A stretch of DNA of 27,534 bases. Source: a virus (taxonomy: Duplodnaviria; Caudoviricetes). The stretch lies in the IMG/VR virus record IMGVR_UViG_3300037424_001280, positions 1 to 27,534 of that record, one strand, 5' to 3'. The position numbers were made by a program, and so were the translations under genes. The notes beneath the pieces were generated by a model. That model searched no databases. It was not told the origin of the DNA and worked only from the letters and a program-made list of their open reading frames with translations. Shown piece after piece: positions 8,815-17,054 of this stretch (position 1 is its first letter; the number at the start of each line of letters is the position of its first letter).

Positions 8815-9072
8815 TCACGGTATCTCTACCGCATTATCCGGCAACCCATCACAGACCCACCAGCTGCCAAAATCATCCCCATCCCATTCGGCCTCAAACA
8901 CGCCACCGTAGCGTGTGCAATAGGCTCGCTGTCCATCGGCGCTGAGATGCGTTGCCCCGGCGTCAATCGCTGCCTTAAATACCGATAGCGGCACATCGGC
9001 AGGCGGGTCTGGCCTGGGTTTTGTATTGCCAGTTGTGTGTACTGTTATGCGATAGCCAGAAATGAAGGTCAT
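8815..9072 (-). CDS. Small hypothetical protein; paralog of the protein ending at 26404
   Basis: ATG 9072 overlaps the upstream TGA; shares K.A.DA.A...DG...Y..RY....EA...GSWW with the paralog. Confidence 0.75.
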   Translation of the reverse strand: MTFISGYRITVHTTGNTKPRPDPPADVPLSVFKAAIDAGATHLSADGQRAYCTRYGGVFEAEWDGDDFGSWWVCDGLPDNAVEIP

Positions 9073-9275
9073 AGCCAATTCCGCCACCATTTATTCCTGG
9101 ATGGTTTTTCTGTTAATCCTGTTTCCTCCCACTCTTGCGGGTTACAAACTTTCATTTCTCGAATAGCCTGAACACAGCCATCGGCGGGGGACGATATTAC
9201 TCTGACGGTGTAAGAATCTCCGCTTTCGATATGCTTGATAATATCTCCGGCTTTTAATTTTGTGATGTCTATCAT
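9069..9275 (-). CDS. Small hypothetical protein (possible SH3/KOW-like fold)
   Basis: LKAGDIIKH motif; ATGA coupling at both ends. Confidence 0.65.
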   Translation of the reverse strand: MIDITKLKAGDIIKHIESGDSYTVRVISSPADGCVQAIREMKVCNPQEWEETGLTEKPSRNKWWRNWL

Positions 9276-9607
9276 ATTTTCACCTTGTACTCAACCGTAA
9301 CATTTGTCATGCGCCGCCCCACCTGCTGCCCGTTTACCAAGCCTACCTCAACCCCGCTGCTGTAGGTGACGCCGGTATTGCGGTCAGTTGGCGTGTTGGT
9401 CGCCAAGCTCGTAAGTGCCGCCCCTTGCAGCGCCCGCAGGCTTTCAAAGGTCGAGACTTCCATCTGTGCAATGTTCCAGGTGTTGACCCAGTAGGCAATA
9501 AATGTCACCGTGCCATCGGCGTTGACGCGCCGGGCGAGGCGGTTCCAGGTGGAAATCACGCCGTGACAGGTAATGCTTGAATTGATGACATAGGTTGGCG
9601 CTGCCAC
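9272..9607 (-). CDS. Small distal-tail-like protein, copy B
   Basis: 111 aa, near the tape measure gene, colinear similarity to 9824-10156. Confidence 0.6.
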   Translation of the reverse strand: MAAPTYVINSSITCHGVISTWNRLARRVNADGTVTFIAYWVNTWNIAQMEVSTFESLRALQGAALTSLATNTPTDRNTGVTYSSGVEVGLVNGQQVGRRMTNVTVEYKVKI

Positions 9608-9822
9608 TATATTTTACTTGAACCTACATAAGTCCAGCTTGTTGAGCTTGATCCCGATTTAGTTTGTGACTGCCAACAAACGCAAGGCCCCATAAACCAC
9701 CAGGACCAAACCCGCGCGCATCGGGGGCAAACCCACCCGCAAATTACCCGCTCTGTTTTCTCGAATATCAGAGAATGGAGAGCGTATTTACCGGACGTTG
9801 ATTTTGCACAATCTTGACACAT
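9607..9822 (-). CDS. Cys-rich small protein (zinc-ribbon-like)
   Basis: CQDC, GWVCPRC and CVC motifs; exactly fills the gap between neighbouring genes. Confidence 0.65.
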   Translation of the reverse strand: MCQDCAKSTSGKYALHSLIFEKTERVICGWVCPRCARVWSWWFMGPCVCWQSQTKSGSSSTSWTYVGSSKI

Positions 9823-9823
9823 T

Positions 9824-10156
9824 TCACACCCTCACCAAAAAATCACAACTAACACCCACAAACGCCGGCCCGCTGTGCTCTCCGCTCACCCGCTGGCACA
9901 GCGCCCCAAAATACCGCTTATAATTTGCGTTATTCCTATCCCCATACGGCGGCAAATCCACACTGACCCGCTGCCCTTCCAGGGCGTAAAGCGTGTTAAA
10001 TTCAGCCGCCGTCAATACCTCGGCCCCTACCGTCACCCGCACCCAACGGAGCCGGGGCGTAGAACCATCAAGACCTGCACTGGCCGGGTCATCCGTCCAG
10101 TTGGCGGTTGTTAGGCGGGCTATGGCGGTTCCGTTTACGGCTACATCAGTTGCCAT
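9824..10156 (-). CDS. Small distal-tail-like protein, copy A (lambda gpM-like size and position)
   Basis: 110 aa; ATG abuts the tape measure stop codon. Confidence 0.6.
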   Translation of the reverse strand: MATDVAVNGTAIARLTTANWTDDPASAGLDGSTPRLRWVRVTVGAEVLTAAEFNTLYALEGQRVSVDLPPYGDRNNANYKRYFGALCQRVSGEHSGPAFVGVSCDFLVRV

Positions 10157-12748
10157 CTAGGCCCCCTGCGACCAGGGCACTACCACTGAATTATAAAACT
10201 CATCCACCGCCCTTTGAGCGTGTTTCTCCATTATCGCCGCCAGTTCCTTCCCCCCGATTCCGTTCACATTCACGACCACGCTGGCCCCACCGGCAGGGGT
10301 GACGCTGACGCGCTCGCCGCTGGTCAGGCCGATTTGGAAAGAGTCGTTCGGGAAGCCGGGCGGTACAATAAATTGGTCAACCCCATTGGCAAATCCGAGC
10401 GTACCCGGATTGCTGCCAAAGCCCGCCGCTTTGCCGCCGCCGGATCGTGACGGGCGGGAAGGGGTAGCCCCGGCCCCGGCGCGGTTTTGCGACCCTGGCC
10501 GTGACGATGGGGCGTTGATGTCCCCCAACATCTCACCTATTCTGTGATTGCGGGCAAATCCGCTGTTAAGCCCCTCGGCAAAAGCCGCGCCAACCTCTAC
10601 CCCAAGTTCAGCGGCGACGGGGATCAACGCCTCCATTTCCTCTTTGGTCAGGTCCTTAGATTCGGTTAGCTCCTCAGCCAGCTTTTCAATAGATTGTTTC
10701 TTTGTTTCCTCAATCTCGGCCAGCTTCGCGTCCCTGGCCTCAACCAGCGCCGCCCGCCGCTCCTCATAATTGGCCTGCTCATCGGCCAACGCCTGGGCTA
10801 ATTCTTCCTGCCGTAAAACCTCAGCTTCGGCGGCTGCTTCCCGCGCTTCGGCCCGCGCTTCCTCGGCTTGTTCCTGCCTAAGCTGTTTGGCCTCCTCTGC
10901 TTCCGCCTCCATTTCGGCCTTACGGTCGGCGGCGTCCTGCCTTACGCGGTCAATCTCGACGCGCTGGTTTTCGTCTTTGGTTTTCTGTTCGTTGGCGTCC
11001 TGCTCTTTAGCTATCTGCTGCTCAATCGCCCGCCGTTCTTTACTTGCCAGGATTTGGTTAAACTCACCCTCGGCGGCCAACTGGCGCATCTCAAAGTCAA
11101 AGAGGCGCTGGTCTCCCTTTGCCTCAATCTGGCGCGCCCGGCGCTCCTGTTTCTCCGAGCGGGCGGCATCTTGTTTCATCCGGCCTATTTGCCGGTCTGT
11201 ATCGCGCTCTAATTTGGCCTTATCTTTGGCGAGGTCTTTATCTATTTTAGCCAGGTCTTTACTCAAATCCTTGTCAATATTGAATAAAGTTTTGGCTAAA
11301 TCCTTCTGGATTTTGGCCTGTTCTTTGGCAGAGTCGGCGTTGATTTTGTCTACCGCTTCGCCGTGGTCTTTCCAATTAGCGTCCTCGTCTTTGAAAAAGT
11401 CATCCCAGGTTGAGGCGGTATCCTCAGCGGCTTTGGCGTTGATGTCTATCAGTTCACCGGCTACATTGCGCCGGGCAGTGTTGGCAGCCTGCAACCGCCG
11501 GGCCAGTTCCTCGGCGGCTCGCGCGGCCCTGTCCATTGCTTCGGCAGCCTCATCTTCGGAATCGGCCTGTTCTTCGGCGGCGTCTCCGGCGTTACCGGCG
11601 GCTACAGCTAAATCCTCTTTAGCCTCTGCCAGAGCCTTGGCATTAAAAATAGAATTACCAAAAAATGAGGTCAGTTTTTCAATCGCCAGTCCCAGCGGAT
11701 TGATAACCGCCATAGTCGTATCTGCGGCATCCTCAACCGCTTTTAGACCATCCCGGCCCTTATAGGCATCATCCCTGAGTTTTTCAATCGCTTTGCTGTT
11801 ATCAGCAAAGCCCTTTAATCCGCCTGTAACCTTTTCGAGAATTGGATCAAGCGTATCTAAAACACCCGAGCCGTCACTGATTGCCAGCATCGCCCCGCCA
11901 ACAGCGGCCTTTAGGTCATCCATCCGGGCGTTAAGCCGCTCAACCTTGCCCGCGCTATCAAGGCTAATGCCGCCTAACTGGTCTACCTTTATGCGGCCCT
12001 GCTCTAATGTGGCATTGAGAAAAGCCTGTTTCTTTTCGGCGTCGGATAGCTGCTTTACCGTCTTGCCTACTGAGGCAGCATAGTCGCTATACGCCTTTTC
12101 GGTATTAATCATAATGCCCAGGTTGTCAAGGATGAGCTTGGACTGGCGGCCTATACCAATCGTCAAATCTTCAATGGATTTGTTGGCATCCTGGCCCATT
12201 GCCCGGCCCAGGACAACGGCCATTTGAGCCAGTTCGTCAAATTCCTTTTCATTATTAGCAACGCCCAGGAGCATGGCCTGGTTTGCCGCCTTCATTGCAT
12301 CCATTTCTGAGATGGTATTCAGGCTGGCTTTTTGGATAGACTCAACTATAGCGTCACCCGTCACGCCGTATTGAGCGCCCAGGTTATCGGTTGCCCGGCC
12401 TAATCTCTCAGTGGCAGCACCAGCCTCAAGCGCTGCGGCGGCGTAGCTCAGGGTAGCGGTTGCGGCATCGCGGGCAATATCTACAGCGGCCAGACTGACA
12501 CCCGCCGCAGCGCCGGCCCGCATTGCAAACGAAGGACCACCGCCCCCGGCCAATTCCTTGTTAAGCTTGGCGGTTAGTTGAGTAACTTTGCGGTGCTCGG
12601 CAATCTGGCGACGGGTTGAGGCAATGGCCTCGCGTTCCTGCCGGCGCGTTGAGGCGATTGCTTCACGCTCGGCGCGTTGAGCCGCTTTGGTAAGCTGGTC
12701 GAACCCTTTACCATCAAAGGTTGTAGAGACAGGAATCGTCACACTCAC
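10157..12748 (-). CDS. Tape measure protein, 863 aa
   Basis: Long Ala/Glu/Lys-rich helical protein; GIGRQSKLILDNLGI motif typical of TMPs; 11-residue periodicity; follows the chaperone genes. Confidence 0.92.
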   Translation of the reverse strand: MSVTIPVSTTFDGKGFDQLTKAAQRAEREAIASTRRQEREAIASTRRQIAEHRKVTQLTAKLNKELAGGGGPSFAMRAGAAAGVSLAAVDIARDAATATLSYAAAALEAGAATERLGRATDNLGAQYGVTGDAIVESIQKASLNTISEMDAMKAANQAMLLGVANNEKEFDELAQMAVVLGRAMGQDANKSIEDLTIGIGRQSKLILDNLGIMINTEKAYSDYAASVGKTVKQLSDAEKKQAFLNATLEQGRIKVDQLGGISLDSAGKVERLNARMDDLKAAVGGAMLAISDGSGVLDTLDPILEKVTGGLKGFADNSKAIEKLRDDAYKGRDGLKAVEDAADTTMAVINPLGLAIEKLTSFFGNSIFNAKALAEAKEDLAVAAGNAGDAAEEQADSEDEAAEAMDRAARAAEELARRLQAANTARRNVAGELIDINAKAAEDTASTWDDFFKDEDANWKDHGEAVDKINADSAKEQAKIQKDLAKTLFNIDKDLSKDLAKIDKDLAKDKAKLERDTDRQIGRMKQDAARSEKQERRARQIEAKGDQRLFDFEMRQLAAEGEFNQILASKERRAIEQQIAKEQDANEQKTKDENQRVEIDRVRQDAADRKAEMEAEAEEAKQLRQEQAEEARAEAREAAAEAEVLRQEELAQALADEQANYEERRAALVEARDAKLAEIEETKKQSIEKLAEELTESKDLTKEEMEALIPVAAELGVEVGAAFAEGLNSGFARNHRIGEMLGDINAPSSRPGSQNRAGAGATPSRPSRSGGGKAAGFGSNPGTLGFANGVDQFIVPPGFPNDSFQIGLTSGERVSVTPAGGASVVVNVNGIGGKELAAIMEKHAQRAVDEFYNSVVVPWSQGA

Positions 12749-12833
12749 AGCTTAATTCCAGTATCGTATATTGTGTTAATAGCGGTGGTTTTGATCCTGA
12801 GTCTCCTGGGTATTTACGTAAATGAGCTAATCC

Positions 12834-13106
12834 CTACTCGATAATCGCCCGGATAACCTCAATTGACCAGCTATCCATTTCGGCCAAATCGCCCGCGCTC
12901 AGGCCGAAACGGGGCCAGGTCTGGGCGGCTAATTTGAGAATGCTTTGGGTAGAATAGTACTCTGGAAATTCTTGCGCCAGGCTGAGGGAAAGCTGCTGGC
13001 TCATCGCGGGGGAGGGCTTCACCGTAAATGTTTTACCGGCTACGGTGTGGGTTCGGGGCTGCTGCCATCGTCGGATGCTGGTAAGGAGTTCGCGGAGCCG
13101 AGCCGC
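12834..13106 (-). CDS. Tail assembly chaperone GT, C-terminal part reached by -1 frameshift
   Basis: The -1 frame is open from the slippery site (KKAARLRELLTSIRRWQQ...VKPSPAMSQQ...) to TAG at 12834. Confidence 0.75.
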   Translation of the reverse strand, partial: AARLRELLTSIRRWQQPRTHTVAGKTFTVKPSPAMSQQLSLSLAQEFPEYYSTQSILKLAAQTWPRFGLSAGDLAEMDSWSIEVIRAIIE

Positions 13107-13432
13107 TTTTTTTTGAAGTAGGTGTAATCGTAGTTCCAGAACGACTCGACCAGATCACAGATAAACTTATCTCCCGTCGCCTCCCTGAGTGCGATGGCCT
13201 CGGCTTTGGTGGTCAGGGGGTAAGCCGTGCCGTTCTGGGCCACACTCAGGAATAGCGACGGGATAAAACTAATAGCGCGGTCAGGTGAATAATCATCCTT
13301 TGACCACGTTAATAAGTCGGTGTGAGTTTTGTCATTTATCCTGCCAACCGCTTCAAAGGTAAGCGGTGGGTCACAGAAGATTTCTAAATCGTCGGTTGTG
13401 ACGGTGTAAGTGGTTTTAACTTTTAGCTTCAT
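13040..13432 (-). CDS. Tail assembly chaperone G
   Basis: Lies between tail tube and TMP; has an A8 slippery run near its 3' end. Confidence 0.8.
   Translation of the reverse strand: MKLKVKTTYTVTTDDLEIFCDPPLTFEAVGRINDKTHTDLLTWSKDDYSPDRAISFIPSLFLSVAQNGTAYPLTTKAEAIALREATGDKFICDLVESFWNYDYTYFKKKRLGSANSLPASDDGSSPEPTP
13106..13114 (-). other. Programmed -1 frameshift site (TTC AAA AAA AAG)
   Basis: A_AAA_AAG heptamer in the correct phase; a -1 shift joins the downstream ORF. Confidence 0.8.
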
Positions 13433-14757
13433 ACAGGCAACCGATCCACGCTCGTAAGTCGCACCGCCCCGGCCTGGCCGCTGTCATAAATGCCCGTAAA
13501 CGGCGCTGTAGCTCCCTGTGCTATAGCCTCGCCTGCCGCTATCTGAGTACGGGTGTAGTCGCCCAGGCTTAATTGCGGCAACTCAAATGTCAAACTATAA
13601 GGCGTTGAGGCGTTGACCATATAGGGCGACGTAAAGATTAGATTCACATCCCTGACCGTCGCCGCCTGATAATCGGCAAAGCGGGCATTATCAGCCGGGA
13701 GTAGAGTTATCTCCCCTGTTACGGCAAACTCACCCTCAATTTTGCCGGTCGGTGATTGTGTACCGCTTGAGACTTCGTACAGGCCGGTATTTGGTGAGAT
13801 GTTGATTGTCATTGCCTGAACTTCAAGCCAGGGCGAGCCGCCCAGAGTGAGAGAAGCAGTCCACGCAGCAAAGGGTCTGTAAAAATTTGCAGCGTCATTG
13901 GCAAACGTGCCCGCCGTTGCGTTGGCCGGCTTCTGGCCCAATAGCGTTGCGGCTCCCATCAAAAGCCCCTGCTGGTCAGTCCTGGCATAATTCAGGGCAA
14001 TAGTTGGCACTACGCAGCCGGCGAAATATTCGCTGTTCCCGCTGCCGGCCTCTAACCGTCCGGATTGCTCAAACACAAGGCTGGGCGTCGTATTGCCGAT
14101 GGTGAAAACGTTGGTCACGTATTTAATACCGCTGATTGTGACCATTCCACTTGTGACCGTCCCGGCAATGGAGAGAGTAACCGGGTTGACACTGCCATCA
14201 TAAGCCCCTTTGGAGTAGTAAGTCCCGTTGACTGTTCCGGCGTTTGTGCCGATGGTGATCGTCTCGACTGTGACGCCGTTCTGAATAAAATTGATAGCCG
14301 CCGTGCTGGCAGCGGTCGAGGAGGCAATGACGATTTTGAATATTTCCAGGGTTGCCGGTTGAGTGTCCAGCGTTGCTACGGAAGCAAAGGCGGTTGAGGC
14401 CAGGGCCGCAATCCCCGCCGTTTCCGTGCGGACCACCGTCCCAAACGCGGCCAGCCACATCCGGTCACATAGGACGGGGTAAATGGGAAATTCATAACTG
14501 CCGATTTGCTCAGGGGGATTGGAGCCGGCGACGGGTAAGGCTACGTGCATGTGCCGCTGGCCTGATTTGGTCATCGGGTAGATAAGAGGGCTTTTCGGTT
14601 GGGCTTCTGCCGTTTTCAGAACCGGCAGTTCAAACCAGCCCGTAGCCCCGCCGCCATTGCCGCCGATATTCCAACCGGAGGCGGTCTGAGGCGCGGCGGC
14701 GGCGTAGCTGGCTTCTTTACGGTATTTGACAAATTCGAGAAAGGCGGGTGAAGCCAT
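13429..14757 (-). CDS. Major tail (tube) protein with internal insertion domain, 442 aa
   Basis: N-terminal KEASY, PSLVFEQ...FAGCVV and VTGEITL tube-like motifs; directly precedes the chaperone. Confidence 0.8.
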   Translation of the reverse strand: MASPAFLEFVKYRKEASYAAAAPQTASGWNIGGNGGGATGWFELPVLKTAEAQPKSPLIYPMTKSGQRHMHVALPVAGSNPPEQIGSYEFPIYPVLCDRMWLAAFGTVVRTETAGIAALASTAFASVATLDTQPATLEIFKIVIASSTAASTAAINFIQNGVTVETITIGTNAGTVNGTYYSKGAYDGSVNPVTLSIAGTVTSGMVTISGIKYVTNVFTIGNTTPSLVFEQSGRLEAGSGNSEYFAGCVVPTIALNYARTDQQGLLMGAATLLGQKPANATAGTFANDAANFYRPFAAWTASLTLGGSPWLEVQAMTINISPNTGLYEVSSGTQSPTGKIEGEFAVTGEITLLPADNARFADYQAATVRDVNLIFTSPYMVNASTPYSLTFELPQLSLGDYTRTQIAAGEAIAQGATAPFTGIYDSGQAGAVRLTSVDRLPV

Positions 14758-14760
14758 TGG

Positions 14761-15009
14761 TTAATTCTCCTGTTCTGATATAAGGACGCCCGTATCGCCA
14801 GGTTTAACCTCTATAGCCGTGCGCGGCTTACCTGTGGCCGGCGCAGTGACCGGCTTTGCCTTCGTGACCAGTTCGCCGCCGTGTTTCTCGGCCAGTAGTA
14901 TCGCCTCGGCATCATCATTGCCGATTTCGGCTTGATGGCGAATAATGTTTATGGTGGTATAGCCTTCGGATATTTGTCCGAAATCAATTTTTGGGAAATT
15001 GTAAGTCAT
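14761..15009 (-). CDS. Hypothetical protein, 82 aa
   Basis: AAGGAG SD; ATGA overlap. Confidence 0.7.
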   Translation of the reverse strand: MTYNFPKIDFGQISEGYTTINIIRHQAEIGNDDAEAILLAEKHGGELVTKAKPVTAPATGKPRTAIEVKPGDTGVLISEQEN

Positions 15010-15437
15010 AGTTGCTCCTTAAGGTGTTTCTTGATAATCACCTGCGCCCGGCCCTTGACAATTGCGGTTGTTTCTTCCACTGACTTCCAGCGGCCCCGAT
15101 GTATTTTGGCCTGCTGTGATTTCCGGCCCACTACAAAGGGCGCGTAATTGGCTATCGTTTCATCTACTGACCATTCACCGCTAATTGTGGGGAGTTGGGT
15201 CGAAGTGACCTGCGTCTTAAAGGCGCTCTGTAGGGCAAAAGTCCGGGTGTAAGTGCTGGCCGGCGGCGGCGCTGGATTAGATGAGGCGGTATAGCTCTTG
15301 ACTTGCACGGTTCCGGCAAACTCAAGGATTTCATCTCTGGCGGCGTTCAGTTTGGCTGTAACCCGCTGGATACTTTTTTTAATGGCGCTGTTGACCTGCC
15401 CCATCGGGATTTTGTACTCGACAATTACCCCGTTCAT
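15006..15437 (-). CDS. HK97 gp10-like neck/tail-completion protein
   Basis: YTRTFALQSA...NYAPFV...HRGRW pattern; start at ATG 15437 (ATGA overlap). Confidence 0.7.
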   Translation of the reverse strand: MNGVIVEYKIPMGQVNSAIKKSIQRVTAKLNAARDEILEFAGTVQVKSYTASSNPAPPPASTYTRTFALQSAFKTQVTSTQLPTISGEWSVDETIANYAPFVVGRKSQQAKIHRGRWKSVEETTAIVKGRAQVIIKKHLKEQL

Positions 15438-15928
15438 CCGCCTATCACCGTAAATCTGTGCGTATATTCCAGGCTCCAAAAGTGGGCCGGGGCGTTTTCC
15501 ACCGGCGGCCAGGGCCGAATAGCATAACTACGCGGCTGAAAAATGAGGGCATACGAGAAAGCGCCGGAGGCAGCGCACAGGGAAAGTCTAGTTGAGTTGG
15601 TTAGCAGCTTATCCATAATGGATTTCCAGAACAGCGCCGCCCCGCTTTCATCGCCGGGGTATTGATCGGGCACGGCCTCGACGATTAGCAAGCGGCTGTA
15701 GACTTCGTAGTAAATGACATAACTGCCGTGCGTTAGCTCGCTGCTTACTTCACCCACTGGCCCTAAGGGAACGTGGACGATTGCTGGTAACTGGCTGCCC
15801 GCCGTGAACTCTGAGGGATTAGCCCCCCAGGTATAGCTGGTGACAATGCCGGGCGAAGGGGTGGTAATGGCATCTTCCAGGGCAGCTAGGGTGTTCACGG
15901 CGGCGGCCAGATCGAAGGTGTAGGCCAT
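15434..15928 (-). CDS. Putative tail terminator protein
   Basis: 164 aa; QLPAIV motif; located in the connector block. Confidence 0.55.
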   Translation of the reverse strand: MAYTFDLAAAVNTLAALEDAITTPSPGIVTSYTWGANPSEFTAGSQLPAIVHVPLGPVGEVSSELTHGSYVIYYEVYSRLLIVEAVPDQYPGDESGAALFWKSIMDKLLTNSTRLSLCAASGAFSYALIFQPRSYAIRPWPPVENAPAHFWSLEYTHRFTVIGG

Positions 15929-16044
15929 TAGTTAAGCCGCCCGACTCGTCTGCGCCGATACCACATTGACCATAGCCAATTGAGGTAATAATCCTCAGAT
16001 CGGCAATAATCGTGAATATCGGATAGGATGGGAATCGGTGTCAT
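15928..16044 (-). CDS. 38-aa micropeptide MTPIPILSDIHDYCRSEDYYLNWLWSMWYRRRRVGRLN
   Basis: ATGA overlap upstream, TAATG overlap downstream; not in the ORF track. Confidence 0.55.
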   Translation of the reverse strand: MTPIPILSDIHDYCRSEDYYLNWLWSMWYRRRRVGRLN

Positions 16045-16220
16045 TTCTTTATTTCACTCTGGTATAACCGCATCCAGCAAGTATCTTGATGACATTCCCT
16101 TGAACGCTCATCAAGATAAAAAACCACCCACCCACATCGCCGCAAGTACCACGCCATTAGACGCTCGTGTGAATGGCGTGAATTTCTTACCCAAACTGCC
16201 AACGATTCAGCCTTTATCAT
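16041..16220 (-). CDS. 59-aa hypothetical protein (MIKAESLAVWVRN...YQSEIKK)
   Basis: ATGA overlaps at both ends; not in the ORF track. Confidence 0.6.
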   Translation of the reverse strand: MIKAESLAVWVRNSRHSHERLMAWYLRRCGWVVFYLDERSRECHQDTCWMRLYQSEIKK

Positions 16221-16552
16221 CTCAGCGCCCTGGTCATCACTTTTAGCCGGTTGCCCTCGCCACCCTGATTTTGCACCATGACAACCTCATAACGGTTACT
16301 TGAGGCGTCTACTATCGTATGTTTTTCTGTGATAGCTGGCAGGCTTCCGCTCACCGGCTCAAACCAGAAAACATCCGTGACGATGACTAGCGCCCCGGCG
16401 TCGGTGAATAGTTCTGAGGCGTCCGGTTGTTCGTGGGTGGCAATCAGGCCGGTTGCTAAATTTGTCTCCACGTTCTGACCGGCGGTCAGGGTTTTTAGCT
16501 TGACCGAGACGGTCATTTGAACGCGGCGCTCACGTAGGCGGGAGGCTATCAT
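16217..16552 (-). CDS. Head closure / head-tail adaptor protein
   Basis: 111 aa, beta-rich, RYEVVMV near the C-terminus; synteny. Confidence 0.65.
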   Translation of the reverse strand: MIASRLRERRVQMTVSVKLKTLTAGQNVETNLATGLIATHEQPDASELFTDAGALVIVTDVFWFEPVSGSLPAITEKHTIVDASSNRYEVVMVQNQGGEGNRLKVMTRALR

Positions 16553-16680
16553 TTACCCATCCGGGGCATCTTGTTAGGCATTTTAGCCGGCATCTTGTTA
16601 GGCATTTTATTCATTGGCATCTTGCCGGTTGGCATCTTTTGAGTAGCCGGTTTACTCCGGGGCGGTTTAACTTTTGCCAT
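16549..16680 (-). CDS. 43-aa basic KMP-repeat micropeptide
   Basis: MAKVKPPRSKPATQKMPTGKMPMNKMPNKMPAKMPNKMPRMGK; TGATG and ATGA overlaps exactly fill the gap. Confidence 0.75.
   Translation of the reverse strand: MAKVKPPRSKPATQKMPTGKMPMNKMPNKMPAKMPNKMPRMGK
16565..16609. repeat. Direct repeat, 21 bp x2 (period 24), inside the KMP gene
   Basis: ggcatcttgttaggcatttta at 16565-16585 and 16589-16609. Confidence 0.9.
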
Positions 16681-17051
16681 CAGGCAGTAGTTCCTTTCTC
16701 CATAAAGTCCAGCGTAACAACCCCCGCGCTGAGTTCGCCGATAGCCCCGCCATCAGGGGTGCTCGATAGCTCCTTAGCCCGCTTAAAAAAGCTATCGGCC
16801 AGCCCTTTGGCGTCATAGTCCACATCGCCCTCACTCTCGGCTATCGAATAGGCCAGCCATTCATTACCCAGGATATTTAAGCCCATTGCCGTCGCTTTGT
16901 TGATGCTGTCGCCCTGCGCGGTGAGGAAGTAGGCTATTTCGTCATCAGAAAAATTTGTCTTGCGCGGGCGCGGTCCCTTACCGTCAACCGAATCGCCCAA
17001 CGCAAGACGTACCTTACCACTATTGGCAGTCAGGGTGTAGGTAATCGCCAT
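16680..17051 (-). CDS. Head-tail connector/adaptor protein
   Basis: KVRLALGD...FSDDEIAYFL motif typical of phage adaptors; synteny. Confidence 0.75.
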   Translation of the reverse strand: MAITYTLTANSGKVRLALGDSVDGKGPRPRKTNFSDDEIAYFLTAQGDSINKATAMGLNILGNEWLAYSIAESEGDVDYDAKGLADSFFKRAKELSSTPDGGAIGELSAGVVTLDFMEKGTTA

Positions 17052-17054
17052 CTG

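Noticed and set aside
10548-12083. Long plus-strand Ser/Ala-rich ORFs (e.g. 331 aa at 10770-11765)
   Set aside because: Antisense shadows of the tape measure gene; the same applies to most other plus-strand ORFs beyond 1400
12752-12767. 15/16 match to the reverse complement of 26648-26663
   Set aside because: Matches of this length are expected by chance in 27 kb, and the orientations relative to genes are opposite
16560-16640. Short repeats resembling a CRISPR array or iterons
   Set aside because: No unique spacers; fully explained by the in-frame KMP peptide
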